In this document: positions 29,305 through 39,590 of the stretch, piece after piece
Layout of the letters: each line of letters starts with the position of its first letter
How positions within the stretch are numbered: position 1 is the stretch's first letter
Made by a program: the position numbers and the translations under genes
The notes under the pieces: generated by a model
Seen by the model: only the letters and a program-made list of their open reading frames with translations
Databases searched by the model: none
What the model was told of the DNA's origin: nothing
Assembly (NCBI GenBank): GCA_013334825.1
Contig: JAAXWR010000001.1
Coordinates: 267,769 to 331,768 of the forward strand
Length of the DNA: 64,000 bases
Direction: 5' to 3'
Source: Candidatus Yonathbacteria bacterium
GTDB lineage: Bacteria; Patescibacteriota; Minisyncoccia; Phycocordibacterales; JACNGX01

Positions 29305-29557
29305 TTTGTTCCCTAGCACTATGCACTTTGCACTGTGCACCACGTAGGATGCAAGACAAGCGTATAAGTTCGTATTTCGTAACCCCTCATCCCCGTCCCG
29401 TTTCGTATGTTCGTACTCGTTCGTACTTCGTAACCCTTCATTCCCGTTCCGTTTCGTATGTTCGTATAAGTTCGTACTTCGTAACCTTTAATTCTTGATT
29501 CGAGCGTCCGTCCCTCTAACCTCTTTCCTACATTCCTCTACCCCTATAACCTATTTC
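29305..29557. repeat. Mosaic heptamer/palindrome repeat cluster with internal tandem units of about 40 bp
   Basis: GCACCACGTAGGATGC; GTTCGTA(C/T)TTCGTAACC three times; CCTCTAA/CCTATAA heptamers. Confidence 0.85.
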
Positions 29558-30706
29558 CTAAACCACAACTCCCCCTCCCAAGCACACGTCCTTGTTATAG
29601 AGTACCAGCGATTGTCCGGGAACAGAGAGTATAGGTTTTTTAACATGTATATGCGCAGTGTGGTGCTCCGTGTCAATCGCGGTGACAATGCATGTTATTG
29701 GCTTCTGTCGATAGCGTATCTGCGCGCTATAGTGTGTGCCAACGCGAGGAACATCTCCCACCCATGAGGTTTTTTCAATGGTGATATCTGCAACCTCCCA
29801 GACACCCTTTTCTGGTTCATGAGCAACCGTAATGGTGTTTGTACTGATATCCTTACCGACGACATAATATGGACTGTCATCAGGTGTTTTTGCAGTAATA
29901 TGAAAGCCGTGTCGCTGTCCTATTGTAAAAAGGTGCGCGCCGTCATGTTGCCCAATGACATGACCACTGTTATCGAGCACATCACCCCGTTTTGATTCGA
30001 TATAATGGCTGAGAAACTCTTTCATATCTACATGTCCGACAAAACAGAGTCCTTGGCTATCTTTACGCCCCGCCGTGGGTAGTCCATATGTTTTTGCGAT
30101 AGCGCGTACTTCTGGTTTTGTGTACCCACCAATAGGAAAGAGTGTGCGTAAAAGAGCATCTCGTCCAAGTGTCCAAAGAAAGTATGATTGATCTTTGTTA
30201 GCGTCTCTTCCACGAAGAAGTCGGGGTGCGGGCATTTCGCCCGCGGGGCGAAATGCCCGCATAAAAAATGATTGTCGTGCGAAAGCAATACGCGCATAAT
30301 GTCCTGTTGCAATGAAGTCTGCCCCTTCAGCAATCGCCCATGAAAGAAAACCATCAAATTTTATGTATTTGTTGCACAGTGCATCAGGATTGGGTGTTTT
30401 TCCCTTTGCATATACATCAATCATATCATCCACAATTTCACGTTTGTATGTTTCAGAGAGATCAAGTACACGAAATGGAATGCGCAAATATTCCGCGACT
30501 TCACGCGCGGATTTCTCATCATCGTGTTGTGTACAGACCATCCATGGCGGTGACCATACACGAATGAACACGCCCGTTACATCATATCCAGCATCTTTGA
30601 GAAGCGCAGCAGAAACAGAAGAATCTACACCACCAGAAAGACCAACAAACACCGATAATGATTTGTTTATTTTTTCTCCTTTTTTCTTTTGTAATGTACG
30701 TTCCAT
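29558..30706 (-). CDS. mnmA: tRNA-specific 2-thiouridylase
   Basis: SGGVDS, TPNPD..CN, ATGHYA, KDQSYFL, DSQGLCF and PGQ motifs. Confidence 0.97.
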   Translation of the reverse strand: MERTLQKKKGEKINKSLSVFVGLSGGVDSSVSAALLKDAGYDVTGVFIRVWSPPWMVCTQHDDEKSAREVAEYLRIPFRVLDLSETYKREIVDDMIDVYAKGKTPNPDALCNKYIKFDGFLSWAIAEGADFIATGHYARIAFARQSFFMRAFRPAGEMPAPRLLRGRDANKDQSYFLWTLGRDALLRTLFPIGGYTKPEVRAIAKTYGLPTAGRKDSQGLCFVGHVDMKEFLSHYIESKRGDVLDNSGHVIGQHDGAHLFTIGQRHGFHITAKTPDDSPYYVVGKDISTNTITVAHEPEKGVWEVADITIEKTSWVGDVPRVGTHYSAQIRYRQKPITCIVTAIDTEHHTAHIHVKKPILSVPGQSLVLYNKDVCLGGGVVV

Positions 30707-30716
30707 AAAAAAGAGA

Positions 30717-30795
30717 AGTTCGTAGTTCTTAGTTGGTAGTTCGTAGAACAGTCATTATATTTTCACTACGAACTAAGAACTACAAACTACGAACT
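30717..30795. repeat. Inverted heptamer-array element
   Basis: AGTTCGT AGTTCTT AGTTGGT AGTTCGT, spacer, then ACGAACT AAGAACT ACAAACT ACGAACT. Confidence 0.85.
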
Positions 30796-31889
30796 CAGTC
30801 CAGATACATCGCTTTGTATCCCATATGTTCTTGATATGTTGCTGAATAGTGCATTTGAGAATGATAGTCAGACAGATAAAAAAGATAGTTACTCGGAATA
30901 GGGTTGAGTGTTGCTTCAATTGATTCAAGTCCTGGATTGGCAATCGGCCCTATAGGGAGACCTTTGCGTGTATAGGTATTGTAGTCAGAATCATTCATGA
31001 GATCCTTGCGTGTTAATTCAAAGGTACTTTTCCCTATTTCATATTGAAATGGTGCATCAACTTGGAGTGGCATGTCGATGTCGATACGCTTCCAGAGGAT
31101 TCCCGCAACCATGCGTTTATCTTTGTATGTAATTGCTTCTTTTTCGACGATAGAGGCCATGATAATCACATCCGACAGTGTTCTGTCGGATGAGGTAATG
31201 TCTTCTGCAAGAGCGGAGATGACCTTTCGGTCAAAGGTACGTTGCATTTCACGAATAATCTCCTCAGGAAGAACATTGGGAAGAAATTGATATGTATCAG
31301 GGAACATGTACCCCTCTTCTGTTTCAGCAAGAGTGAGGAATGCTTCACGTGGAAATGATGGGAGTTTTTTTTCCAGAATATCTGCTATTTGATATGAGGT
31401 AATGCCTTCAGGAAAAGTAACGCGTATGGGGTCAAGCCCGAAGTCTCCTGCTGCGACACGTTGTGCTACCGTCCAGATAGACTCCGGTGTTTCAAAGAAG
31501 TAATCGCCATACATCGGTGCGTGTGATGGAGAAAAATATGTGATGATGATGCGAAACGTGAGTGGAGAACGGATGATACCTCGTCCACGGAATGTGTATG
31601 CCACTTCATCAAGCGATGCTCCTTTTTCGATATGAACCAATGTTCCCACAGGAAATCCGGCAGGAGGAAGAAATATAAAATGAAACACCAGCATGAACAC
31701 GATGACAAGTGCAGAGCCACCAATAAGAACCCGTTTAGGGCGTTTGAACTTGGGTATACGAAAATGGTATGCGACGAAACGTTCCCAACTACGTTTAAGA
31801 CGAGCATCGAGTGCGGAATATGCTTGTTTTTGTTGTTCTCCAGAAGTTCCTGTAGGAGATTGTTCGGATATGAGAGGTTCAGTTTCCAT
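30795..31889 (-). CDS. mltG: Endolytic transglycosylase MltG
   Basis: TFPEG, EGYMFPDTY, ASIVEKE and YNTY..GLPIGPIANPG motifs. Confidence 0.95.
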   Translation of the reverse strand: METEPLISEQSPTGTSGEQQKQAYSALDARLKRSWERFVAYHFRIPKFKRPKRVLIGGSALVIVFMLVFHFIFLPPAGFPVGTLVHIEKGASLDEVAYTFRGRGIIRSPLTFRIIITYFSPSHAPMYGDYFFETPESIWTVAQRVAAGDFGLDPIRVTFPEGITSYQIADILEKKLPSFPREAFLTLAETEEGYMFPDTYQFLPNVLPEEIIREMQRTFDRKVISALAEDITSSDRTLSDVIIMASIVEKEAITYKDKRMVAGILWKRIDIDMPLQVDAPFQYEIGKSTFELTRKDLMNDSDYNTYTRKGLPIGPIANPGLESIEATLNPIPSNYLFYLSDYHSQMHYSATYQEHMGYKAMYLD

Positions 31890-31924
31890 ATGAAAAATAC
31901 AGAGCAATTATACTACAAAAACAA

Positions 31925-33151
31925 TCAAAAAGGAAGGTTGACCGGAGGCTCTCCTTTACGTGATTCAATGCGTTCGAACGTAGGTGTTCTGATGACTTGC
32001 CCTGGAAAATGAAAGACGGTCGCAAGCTCTTCGGTATTCATAACCATAGGAATTGATTTAAATGGAGGGTTAAAAAAGCCACGAGCAACATAAGCATTAA
32101 AAATACCTGCTTTCTTTTCCGCAAGACGTTTTCCAGTAAAATCTTGCCAAGGAAAATTGAAACTCGTGACGTTTGTTGGTTTGAAACCATTGAGATCAGC
32201 GGAACCAAATTGTTTGAATGCATTAGTCATTGTTGAAATGACCATCTTGTCGAACGAGTCTTTTTTTGCAATATACAATACTCTAATCCCTGTATCAAAA
32301 CCAGGTTTTGTAATGGCACGTTCAATGGCAGCGATTGACTCCATTTCACCTTTTGTTGGTGCTGTAAATGCACCTTCTTTTTTTGCTTCGTATGATTTTG
32401 CTTTCATTTCTTTTACAAGTGCGGACCCCTCTTTGCGCCAGTCAGTTTCTTTACCAAAAATTCCTCCAGGTACTTCTTTTGTTTTTGCTCCGCGAATAAC
32501 AATCTGAATCCATGATTGCTCACCTTTTCCCAAAGAACCGAGAAATTCAATGATTGGCGCGATGGGGTCAATTTTAAATTCTTCTTTTGGATTTCCCTCA
32601 AGTCCGTACAAGGGATATGTTTTTATTGGATATGGGTCAGGTTTTGTAAATGCGAGTTCCATACCAAAAAGTTCCCAATCAGACCCGGGCTGTCCGTAGG
32701 GTACATGTGTGGCATAATCAGATGCTTCAAATATTTCAATATTTGGATATTGTGCGTAAATTTGTGTTTCAATAAGTTTACGAAAATCAGGTTCTGTACG
32801 AATAAAAAAACGTACATTTCCTTCAATCGAAACCATTTCAAGTGAAAATATCGGACGTGACATTCCTTTTATATATTTAACATACCAATTTCCTTCTCGA
32901 ATGGTTAGGTTGATGCCGTTTAAAATCATTTCTATCGCGACAGGTGATTTGAATGTTTCTTTGGGAAGTTTTATTTCAAGGAGGATATATTGACGAGAGA
33001 GATTGAATTGCATCCGTACATAGTAAATCCATGAACGAACAAGTATGACACCGAGTACGGGAGGTAGCCATAAAAGCGCGGTCTCGTTCATTGCTGAGAG
33101 CGCGTGGACAAGTCCGTCGAGAAGAAAACGTACGAGCGGGTTTGGTGTCAT
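31925..33151 (-). CDS. Conserved hypothetical membrane-anchored protein
   Basis: 408-aa ORF with one TM helix and FSLE, QIYAQYP, YPIKTY and EELATVFHFP motifs recalled from CPR proteins; function unassigned. Confidence 0.8.
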   Translation of the reverse strand: MTPNPLVRFLLDGLVHALSAMNETALLWLPPVLGVILVRSWIYYVRMQFNLSRQYILLEIKLPKETFKSPVAIEMILNGINLTIREGNWYVKYIKGMSRPIFSLEMVSIEGNVRFFIRTEPDFRKLIETQIYAQYPNIEIFEASDYATHVPYGQPGSDWELFGMELAFTKPDPYPIKTYPLYGLEGNPKEEFKIDPIAPIIEFLGSLGKGEQSWIQIVIRGAKTKEVPGGIFGKETDWRKEGSALVKEMKAKSYEAKKEGAFTAPTKGEMESIAAIERAITKPGFDTGIRVLYIAKKDSFDKMVISTMTNAFKQFGSADLNGFKPTNVTSFNFPWQDFTGKRLAEKKAGIFNAYVARGFFNPPFKSIPMVMNTEELATVFHFPGQVIRTPTFERIESRKGEPPVNLPF

Positions 33152-33238
33152 TGTATTGATACTAGTATAACATCAAACGCCGCATCGATGCAGTGGATAG
33201 TCCCCTGTTTCGATACGGCGTTTGAATAACTGTATGTA

Positions 33239-34270
33239 TTAACGTGCAACGGAGTAACGGCCTTTGGCATCACGCGTAAATTTTTTCGGATTTTGAAGAT
33301 TGACGATAATAGTGTTCGGCTTCACATAGCGTTCTTTCATGACAAAGTCAATGATTTCATCACGTGTGAGTGGGCCATGTTTTTTCAAGATTTCTTTAAT
33401 GACATCTTGAACGACACCGGGAACGTATCCCCAATCTTTGAGTGCGTAGAGTCCGCGTCCGACGAGAACGAAACGATCATCTTTGATGAGTTCGTTGTGG
33501 CAAGTTGCAGTATGTGCTTTTTTACCAAACGTTTCTTCAATAGCGCGTGCAACTTCAGAAAAGTGCATCGGATTGCCTTCGCGACGAATGATAAGAAATG
33601 CGTAGTCTTTAATACTTGACGCAGAGACTGACGGAGAGTCCGCATATCCCCATTCACCCAAGGGATTGCGTCCAATTTCTTTGGACAAGGAAAGCCAACG
33701 GCGTGCGACATCTTCGGTGCGATAATCTTCAGCGATATCTTCGAGCATATCGAGGAATGTGCTGACGAGTTCGTTTTCTGGAATGAGTGCATCGCGTGTG
33801 ATACCAGATGTCAATTTCTTGAGCGCGCTTTGGACACGAGAAGCGATTTCTGCGTCGGTAATCCAGCGTTGTTTAAAAGCACCGTCTTCTTTTTCCTTGG
33901 TAAAGGGATCGGCAAGGACGAGGAAGAAGAGAATGTGGTTTTTGGTCGTATCATCTTTGGCGAGTGCGGAAAGAAGTTCATCTTCAGAGACGACAGCACC
34001 GAGCGCGTTGATAGCATTACGAAGCTCTTCAAAAGTTTCCGCTTGCTTTTCATAGGTATCCGCTTTGCGAATAGCGGCAAGCGCTGCGTTTTCGATTTGG
34101 CGAACACGTTCACGCGTGATGCCATACTCTTTGCCGATAGCATCGAGCGTAAAGCGGTCGTTGTCGTCAAGTCCGAAGCGCTTGGTGAGCACATCGCGAC
34201 CACGATCAGGCAGGGCGGAAAGAAGCCGCTTGGAAACCTGCTTGGGATTGAAGGTAAGTTTATTTGCCAT
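33239..34270 (-). CDS. Sigma70 region-4 HTH plus RNA polymerase delta-like winged-helix protein
   Basis: RFGL..TLDAIGKEYGITRERVRQIE; C-terminal PMHFSEV..HNELIKDDRFVLVGRGLYALKDWG. Confidence 0.8.
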   Translation of the reverse strand: MANKLTFNPKQVSKRLLSALPDRGRDVLTKRFGLDDNDRFTLDAIGKEYGITRERVRQIENAALAAIRKADTYEKQAETFEELRNAINALGAVVSEDELLSALAKDDTTKNHILFFLVLADPFTKEKEDGAFKQRWITDAEIASRVQSALKKLTSGITRDALIPENELVSTFLDMLEDIAEDYRTEDVARRWLSLSKEIGRNPLGEWGYADSPSVSASSIKDYAFLIIRREGNPMHFSEVARAIEETFGKKAHTATCHNELIKDDRFVLVGRGLYALKDWGYVPGVVQDVIKEILKKHGPLTRDEIIDFVMKERYVKPNTIIVNLQNPKKFTRDAKGRYSVAR

Positions 34271-34389
34271 AGGTGATAATGATGATACAAACAATAATAA
34301 AACGATGTCTTCTTCCTATTACTATCCTGTAATAATAACCCTTTTTTATCACAGTGTCAAACATTCGTCAAGCGTTTTTCACCTATACG

Positions 34390-36957
34390 TCAAGCAACAA
34401 CAAAGTTGACTAATTTATCCTTGATATATATGGTTTTTTTGACAACCTTGTCAGAAATGTGCTTTTTGATTTCGGGTAATGCATGAGCACGTGCGGTCAC
34501 TTCTTCTTCAGATATCCCCACTTCCGCCACGAATGTTCCACGCATTTTACCATTTACTTGGACGGCAATAGTCATGGTTGAGGCGATACACTTTGTTTTG
34601 TCATATGATGGCCATGGTGCGCGGACGATACTCCCCTCTCCACCATGTCGTGCGAAGAGTTCTTCTGCCATATGAGGAGCAAATGGCGCTACAAGAGACA
34701 GACATATGCGATATATGGTAACGGGAATTGATGGTTCCTTCTCGAGTGCGTTCACAAGTATCATCAGAGCAGAAACGGCAGTATTAAACGCAAAGGTATC
34801 AATATCGTCTCCTACTTTTTGTATTGTTTTATGGAGAAGTATCTCTGTGTCATGTGAAAGCGTTGCCTCATCTTCAATCCGTTCGGAGAGTTTCCAAACA
34901 CGTTCCAGAAAACGGCGTGCTCCCATGATATTGTCCGTTGACCATCCGATGTTTTGATCAAAGGGACCCATAAACATTTCATAGACACGCAACGTATCTG
35001 CACCAAAACGTGCGATGATATCATCGGGATTTATAACATTACCAAAACGTTTGCTCATTTTGCGTCCGTCTTCTCCGCCAATGAGACCCACATGTTGCAA
35101 TCTCATGAATGGTTCTTCGCCCGAGACAGCACCAATATCATAGAGGAATTTGTGCCAGAAACGCGCGTAGATAAGATGACGTGTCGCGTGTTCTGCACCG
35201 CCGACATAGGTATCGACTGGCATCCAGTATGCTTCTTTCTCTTTGTCCACGAGTGCAATATCGTTGTACGGATCGATGTAGCGCAGATAATACCACGACG
35301 AACCTGCCCATTGAGGCATGGTGTTTGTCTCACGTTTCGCGCGTCCACCACACTTTGGGCATGTTGTATTGACCCAGCTTTCAATGCCAGCAAGGGGTGA
35401 TTCCCCCGTCCCCGTTGGCTCGTACTGCTTTACGTCAGGAAGTGTTACGGGCAACTCTTGTTCGGGTACGGCAACAACACCACACGCATCACAATGCACA
35501 ACCGGAATTGGTTCGCCCCAATAGCGCTGACGCGAAAAGACCCAGTCGCGAAGTTTGTACTTGACCGACTTTTTTCCCAAACCTTTTTCTTCAAGTGCGG
35601 CGACAATCTTTTCGCGTGCATCAGCAGAGGAAAGACCAGTGAATTCTCCCGAATTGACAAGTATACCTTCATTTTCATCACAAATATCATCTCCAACCTT
35701 AGTATAGAAGAAGATGTCATCTATTGAAGAAACTTTATATCGAAACCAATCAGGAAACAGGTGTGAGTTGCTTGAAATCTCTACACCATCTACCTTTTCG
35801 TGTGCTACTTTTATTTCATCAATTTTTGTTCCCACATCAATAACCGTTTTTATTTTCAAATCAAACGTGTTTTGATATTTTTTTGTAAATATAAAATCAC
35901 GTTCATCATGAGCTGGCACCGCCATGACTGCACCCGTGCCGTAATCACCGAGCACATAATCAGCAACAAAGATAGGAACTTCATCTCCATTTATAGGATT
36001 GATTGCAACAATACCCTCGAGTTTCTCCCCCGTCTTGTCTCGCCCCTCAGATGTCCTTTCAATTATGGTTTTCTGAGTACTATACTTCACATAATTTTTT
36101 ATTCGAGAAATATTTTCTATAGCATCTCCTAGGCGATTGATAAGTGGGTGTTCGGGAGCAATGACACAATAAGAAACACCAAAAAGCGTATCCGCTCGCG
36201 TCGTAAACACTTCGATATACTCGTCCGTGATTCTTGATTCTTGATTCGTGATTCTAAATGTAATGACGGCTCCTTCACTTCGCCCTATCCAGTTGCGTTG
36301 AGACTCTTTGATTTGTTCTGGCCAGTCAAGCGCGTCAACACCCGCAAGGAGTCGGTCGGCATAGTCAGTAATCTTGATAACCCACTGGCGCATGGGCTTT
36401 TTTTCAATCTCGCTTCCACATCGTTCACAGACAGTGCCATCCAAGTCTTCATTGGCAAGCCCTGTTTTACATGACGGACACCAGTTGATGGGTTCATACG
36501 ACTCATATGCAAGACCCTTCTCAAACATTTTGAGAAATGCCCATTGCGTCCATTTGTAATACGCGGGATCTGTCGTATTGATTTCGCGCTCCCAGTCATA
36601 CGAAAGTCCGATAAGGGAAAGTTGTTCTTTATAGCGCGCGACATTATCGTCTGTTGATTTTTTTGGATGTGTCTTTGTTTTCAGCGCATAGTTCTCGGCA
36701 GGTAATCCAAATGCGTCCCACCCCATGGGGTGCAGTACGCTGTATCCTTCCATTATCTTTTTGCGCGCGATAATGTCTGTCGCGATATATCCTTTTGGAT
36801 GCCCCACATGAAGTCCTTGTCCCGACGGATACGGAAACATGTCCAAAATATACGCCTTTTTTGGATTGGTGAGGTCTTCACTTGTGTGATAAGTATGCTC
36901 TTCCGCCCATTTCTTTTGCCATTTCTTTTCAAGTGATGTGTGGTCGTAGTGAGCCAT
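34390..36957 (-). CDS. leuS: Leucine--tRNA ligase with insertions
   Basis: MFPYPSG, HVGH, GWDAFGLPAEN, SRQRYWG and KMSKR motifs; start at MAHYDH. Confidence 0.97.
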   Translation of the reverse strand: MAHYDHTSLEKKWQKKWAEEHTYHTSEDLTNPKKAYILDMFPYPSGQGLHVGHPKGYIATDIIARKKIMEGYSVLHPMGWDAFGLPAENYALKTKTHPKKSTDDNVARYKEQLSLIGLSYDWEREINTTDPAYYKWTQWAFLKMFEKGLAYESYEPINWCPSCKTGLANEDLDGTVCERCGSEIEKKPMRQWVIKITDYADRLLAGVDALDWPEQIKESQRNWIGRSEGAVITFRITNQESRITDEYIEVFTTRADTLFGVSYCVIAPEHPLINRLGDAIENISRIKNYVKYSTQKTIIERTSEGRDKTGEKLEGIVAINPINGDEVPIFVADYVLGDYGTGAVMAVPAHDERDFIFTKKYQNTFDLKIKTVIDVGTKIDEIKVAHEKVDGVEISSNSHLFPDWFRYKVSSIDDIFFYTKVGDDICDENEGILVNSGEFTGLSSADAREKIVAALEEKGLGKKSVKYKLRDWVFSRQRYWGEPIPVVHCDACGVVAVPEQELPVTLPDVKQYEPTGTGESPLAGIESWVNTTCPKCGGRAKRETNTMPQWAGSSWYYLRYIDPYNDIALVDKEKEAYWMPVDTYVGGAEHATRHLIYARFWHKFLYDIGAVSGEEPFMRLQHVGLIGGEDGRKMSKRFGNVINPDDIIARFGADTLRVYEMFMGPFDQNIGWSTDNIMGARRFLERVWKLSERIEDEATLSHDTEILLHKTIQKVGDDIDTFAFNTAVSALMILVNALEKEPSIPVTIYRICLSLVAPFAPHMAEELFARHGGEGSIVRAPWPSYDKTKCIASTMTIAVQVNGKMRGTFVAEVGISEEEVTARAHALPEIKKHISDKVVKKTIYIKDKLVNFVVA

Positions 36958-37084
36958 GGTGTGTAACGCGCGAACGCGCGGATAATCTGTACAATGTGTA
37001 TAAATGATTGTATCAGAATGAAGAGAAAATCTCAATGTAATGGTATAACAAAAATCCCCGAACAGAGTCGGGGAATTGTATCGA

Positions 37085-37471
37085 TTATTTTCTATTTCTA
37101 TAATCATATTGCATGTCTTCTATTTTCCCCAGCAAAGCGGGGAGATAGAGTTCAAAAAAGATCAAAGAAAACCATAATACAAAAAATCCACCGACAAGGA
37201 CCACATAATGATACGGTCCTTTGGGTATCATGGCTTCCGCTATACTGCCCCACTGAAAGACTATCCCGAGGGAAATCAAGAACGCATTTCCCAATAGGAG
37301 TGCAATTGCTATGACGGGATACATCGTCCCGTCCTCGATACATGATTTTTCCATGTATCGTACGAGACCTACAAAAATAGATAGTCCAACTGAAATCATC
37401 CAGTTGTTCCACGCAATGAAAGAAAAAATGATGAGGGTAATCATCGCAGCATAAAAGATGTTCTTTTTCAT
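37085..37471 (-). CDS. Membrane ORFan (about 4 TM) in stand-alone cassette
   Basis: TTGACA-17-TATTGT promoter; terminator at about 37049-37075. Confidence 0.65.
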   Translation of the reverse strand: MKKNIFYAAMITLIIFSFIAWNNWMISVGLSIFVGLVRYMEKSCIEDGTMYPVIAIALLLGNAFLISLGIVFQWGSIAEAMIPKGPYHYVVLVGGFFVLWFSLIFFELYLPALLGKIEDMQYDYRNRK

Positions 37472-37699
37472 GAGTGTGTTTTTTAGAAGTTGAGCGAACA
37501 GTGAAAAACTGTTTTGAACAATATTCTGAAAATTCTTGTTTGTCAAGGGCTGTAATCCCTCTTTCTGTATAGTAAGAAATCAGCGCGGGCATAAAAAACC
37601 AACATTAAGTGTTGGTATAAATACCAACACTTAATGTCGGTTTTTTACAGAATCATAATCTCATACAAAAGACCTCGCTTTCAGCGAGGCCGTTACTTA

Positions 37700-38119
37700 T
37701 CAGATATCTTCAAAAAAATAGAGGATGAGATGCGGCTTTGTTTCATGGAGCTTAGGCTCCATGTTGAGCTTCTCATAACCCTGCACAAATGCGCGTATTC
37801 GCGCATCCCATATTTCTTTGCTTCTTTCGAGCCCTTCAATTATTTTCGTTACATCCGCAGGATTGTCTCCGTTTGATGCCTGTCCATGACAGAATACCCA
37901 TTCATCTATGACGAGCACGGGAACCATGAAGCCCTCTTTTGCTCCCCGCAGATGGTGGGTATTTATTTCAAGCCCACTCTCCTTCGGTGGCATCCCCATA
38001 ACACGAAGAATGAGTTCCTCGTCCCAAGGCTCCCCAAGTGCGAGATACTCACTGGGAATGAGTTCGTCCGATGATAAGGATATTCCGTAACCCAAACGGG
38101 CGTATTTTAAGTTTGCCAT
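37700..38119 (-). CDS. Hypothetical ORFan in stand-alone cassette
   Basis: TTGACA-17-TATTCT promoter (from 38187); hairpin at about 37667-37692. Confidence 0.7.
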   Translation of the reverse strand: MANLKYARLGYGISLSSDELIPSEYLALGEPWDEELILRVMGMPPKESGLEINTHHLRGAKEGFMVPVLVIDEWVFCHGQASNGDNPADVTKIIEGLERSKEIWDARIRAFVQGYEKLNMEPKLHETKPHLILYFFEDI

Positions 38120-38296
38120 TTCTTCTGTTTTTATATGTTTTGGTGAAGTTCTAAAAATAGAATAGCATACACATCCTTTATTGTCAATTTCTTAAAAATG
38201 TCTTATACATAAACAGTGCGGGCATTTCATGCCCGCACTGTTTATGTAATTCTTAATTCTTAATTCGTGATTCTTGCTTCTCGCCCACCTGTCCAC

Positions 38297-38938
38297 CTAA
38301 TCCTTAAACTTCCGAATACCAAGGACAATGAGTGCGACAAGCGCGACACCGAGAACAATCACGCGAATCCACGCGTCCATGTCAGACCAATATGTCATAG
38401 TACCGACAATCAGAGAAACGACGCCACCGAGTGAAAAGCCGAGTGAAATTGCTCCCATCTCCGCGATAAAGACCGAGAGAAGAATGAGTATGATACCGAG
38501 AGCGACCCAGACCATAAAGACGTTGCGCTCATATCCCTTGCGCATTTCATCGTATTCTTTCTGACATGTGAAATCAGGATTGCAATATCCTGCTGGCTCA
38601 ACATATCCTGTCGCGCTCGGATTCTTTATCCCCTCTTTATATGCCGCGTTTTCAGTCCATTGTCCTCCTTCAGCAACGCACGCTTCCATTGTTTCGGGCG
38701 CGGTGTACACTTGTTTTTCAGGACAGAAATCTGTGTATTCAGGCGCGGGATATGCAAGCTGTATGACCGATGCAAAAAAGACATTCACCACAACAATCAT
38801 CGCGAGAATAAGCGCCCATTTAAGGACAGCAGATAGTCCTTGGTGTTTGTGATGTTCGACCGACTTCGGCGCTTCTGGGGTGGAAGGAGTAGGAGCGGAT
38901 GATACTGGTGCCCCCTCTTGCATAAAAGGTGTATCCAT
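38297..38938 (-). CDS. Membrane protein with Cys-containing extracellular loop
   Basis: One TM helix, four-Cys loop, three C-terminal TM helices. Confidence 0.8.
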   Translation of the reverse strand: MDTPFMQEGAPVSSAPTPSTPEAPKSVEHHKHQGLSAVLKWALILAMIVVVNVFFASVIQLAYPAPEYTDFCPEKQVYTAPETMEACVAEGGQWTENAAYKEGIKNPSATGYVEPAGYCNPDFTCQKEYDEMRKGYERNVFMVWVALGIILILLSVFIAEMGAISLGFSLGGVVSLIVGTMTYWSDMDAWIRVIVLGVALVALIVLGIRKFKD

Positions 38939-39098
38939 AGAGTTGTCCGCGAGTGGGAGTGAGAATAAACCGCTCGTGGATGATAGTTCTAGTATAGCAG
39001 TACTGGTTGATAGTATCTAGTAGGCGGAATGAAAAAAGTGAATTACCAATGTACATAAAAAACGGCTCTTGAAAGAGCCGTTTGTAAACAGAATTGTG

Positions 39099-39590
39099 TT
39101 ATACCGCCATTTCCGGACGATAATGTTTCCAGAAGAAGAGGATGGATCCGCACAAGATACCATATGCTGGAACGATCATCCACGGATCGTACGAGAATAT
39201 ACCCTCCCCCATCAGATGAAATGCTGAAAGGATCGAGATCCATGACAGAAGTAGTGTCCATGTCGGGGCATGTCCGTGTCTTGGAACCATGGACATGCCA
39301 ATCTTCTTGAGTCGGATAATGCCAATGATTCCAAAAATTATGGCAAAAACAAACTCTAAAGAAAACAAAGCAATTTCTTTGGGGAAAAATAATAAGACTT
39401 CGATGATTGCTCCCCAGGCAATCAGTATCATCCCCAAGAATAATTTTCTGGACTTTTTTTCGGCTCTTTCAAGAATTGACGATTCTGATAGGGGGTTTCC
39501 CCCATCGTATTTATTGAAAAGAAAATAAAAAAAATTTGCAAGGATTCCCCAAATAGAGGTTGACCCTAAAAAAGAAAGTATTGCAGACAT
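39099..39590 (-). CDS. Membrane ORFan in stand-alone cassette
   Basis: TTGCAT..TATCGT promoter, TTCTTCAAAAA leader, terminator AAACGGCTCTT-GA-AAGAGCCGTTT near 39060-39084. Confidence 0.65.
   Translation of the reverse strand: MSAILSFLGSTSIWGILANFFYFLFNKYDGGNPLSESSILERAEKKSRKLFLGMILIAWGAIIEVLLFFPKEIALFSLEFVFAIIFGIIGIIRLKKIGMSMVPRHGHAPTWTLLLSWISILSAFHLMGEGIFSYDPWMIVPAYGILCGSILFFWKHYRPEMAV

Noticed and set aside
29365-29490. Three recurring GTTCGTA(C/T)TTCGTAACC units as a CRISPR array
   Set aside because: Intervening sequences are near-duplicates of each other and too short, the units belong to the heptamer mosaic repeat, and there are no cas genes
33239-34270. Alternative sigma factor
   Set aside because: Only a region-4-like HTH is present, with no region 2; annotated as an HTH protein instead
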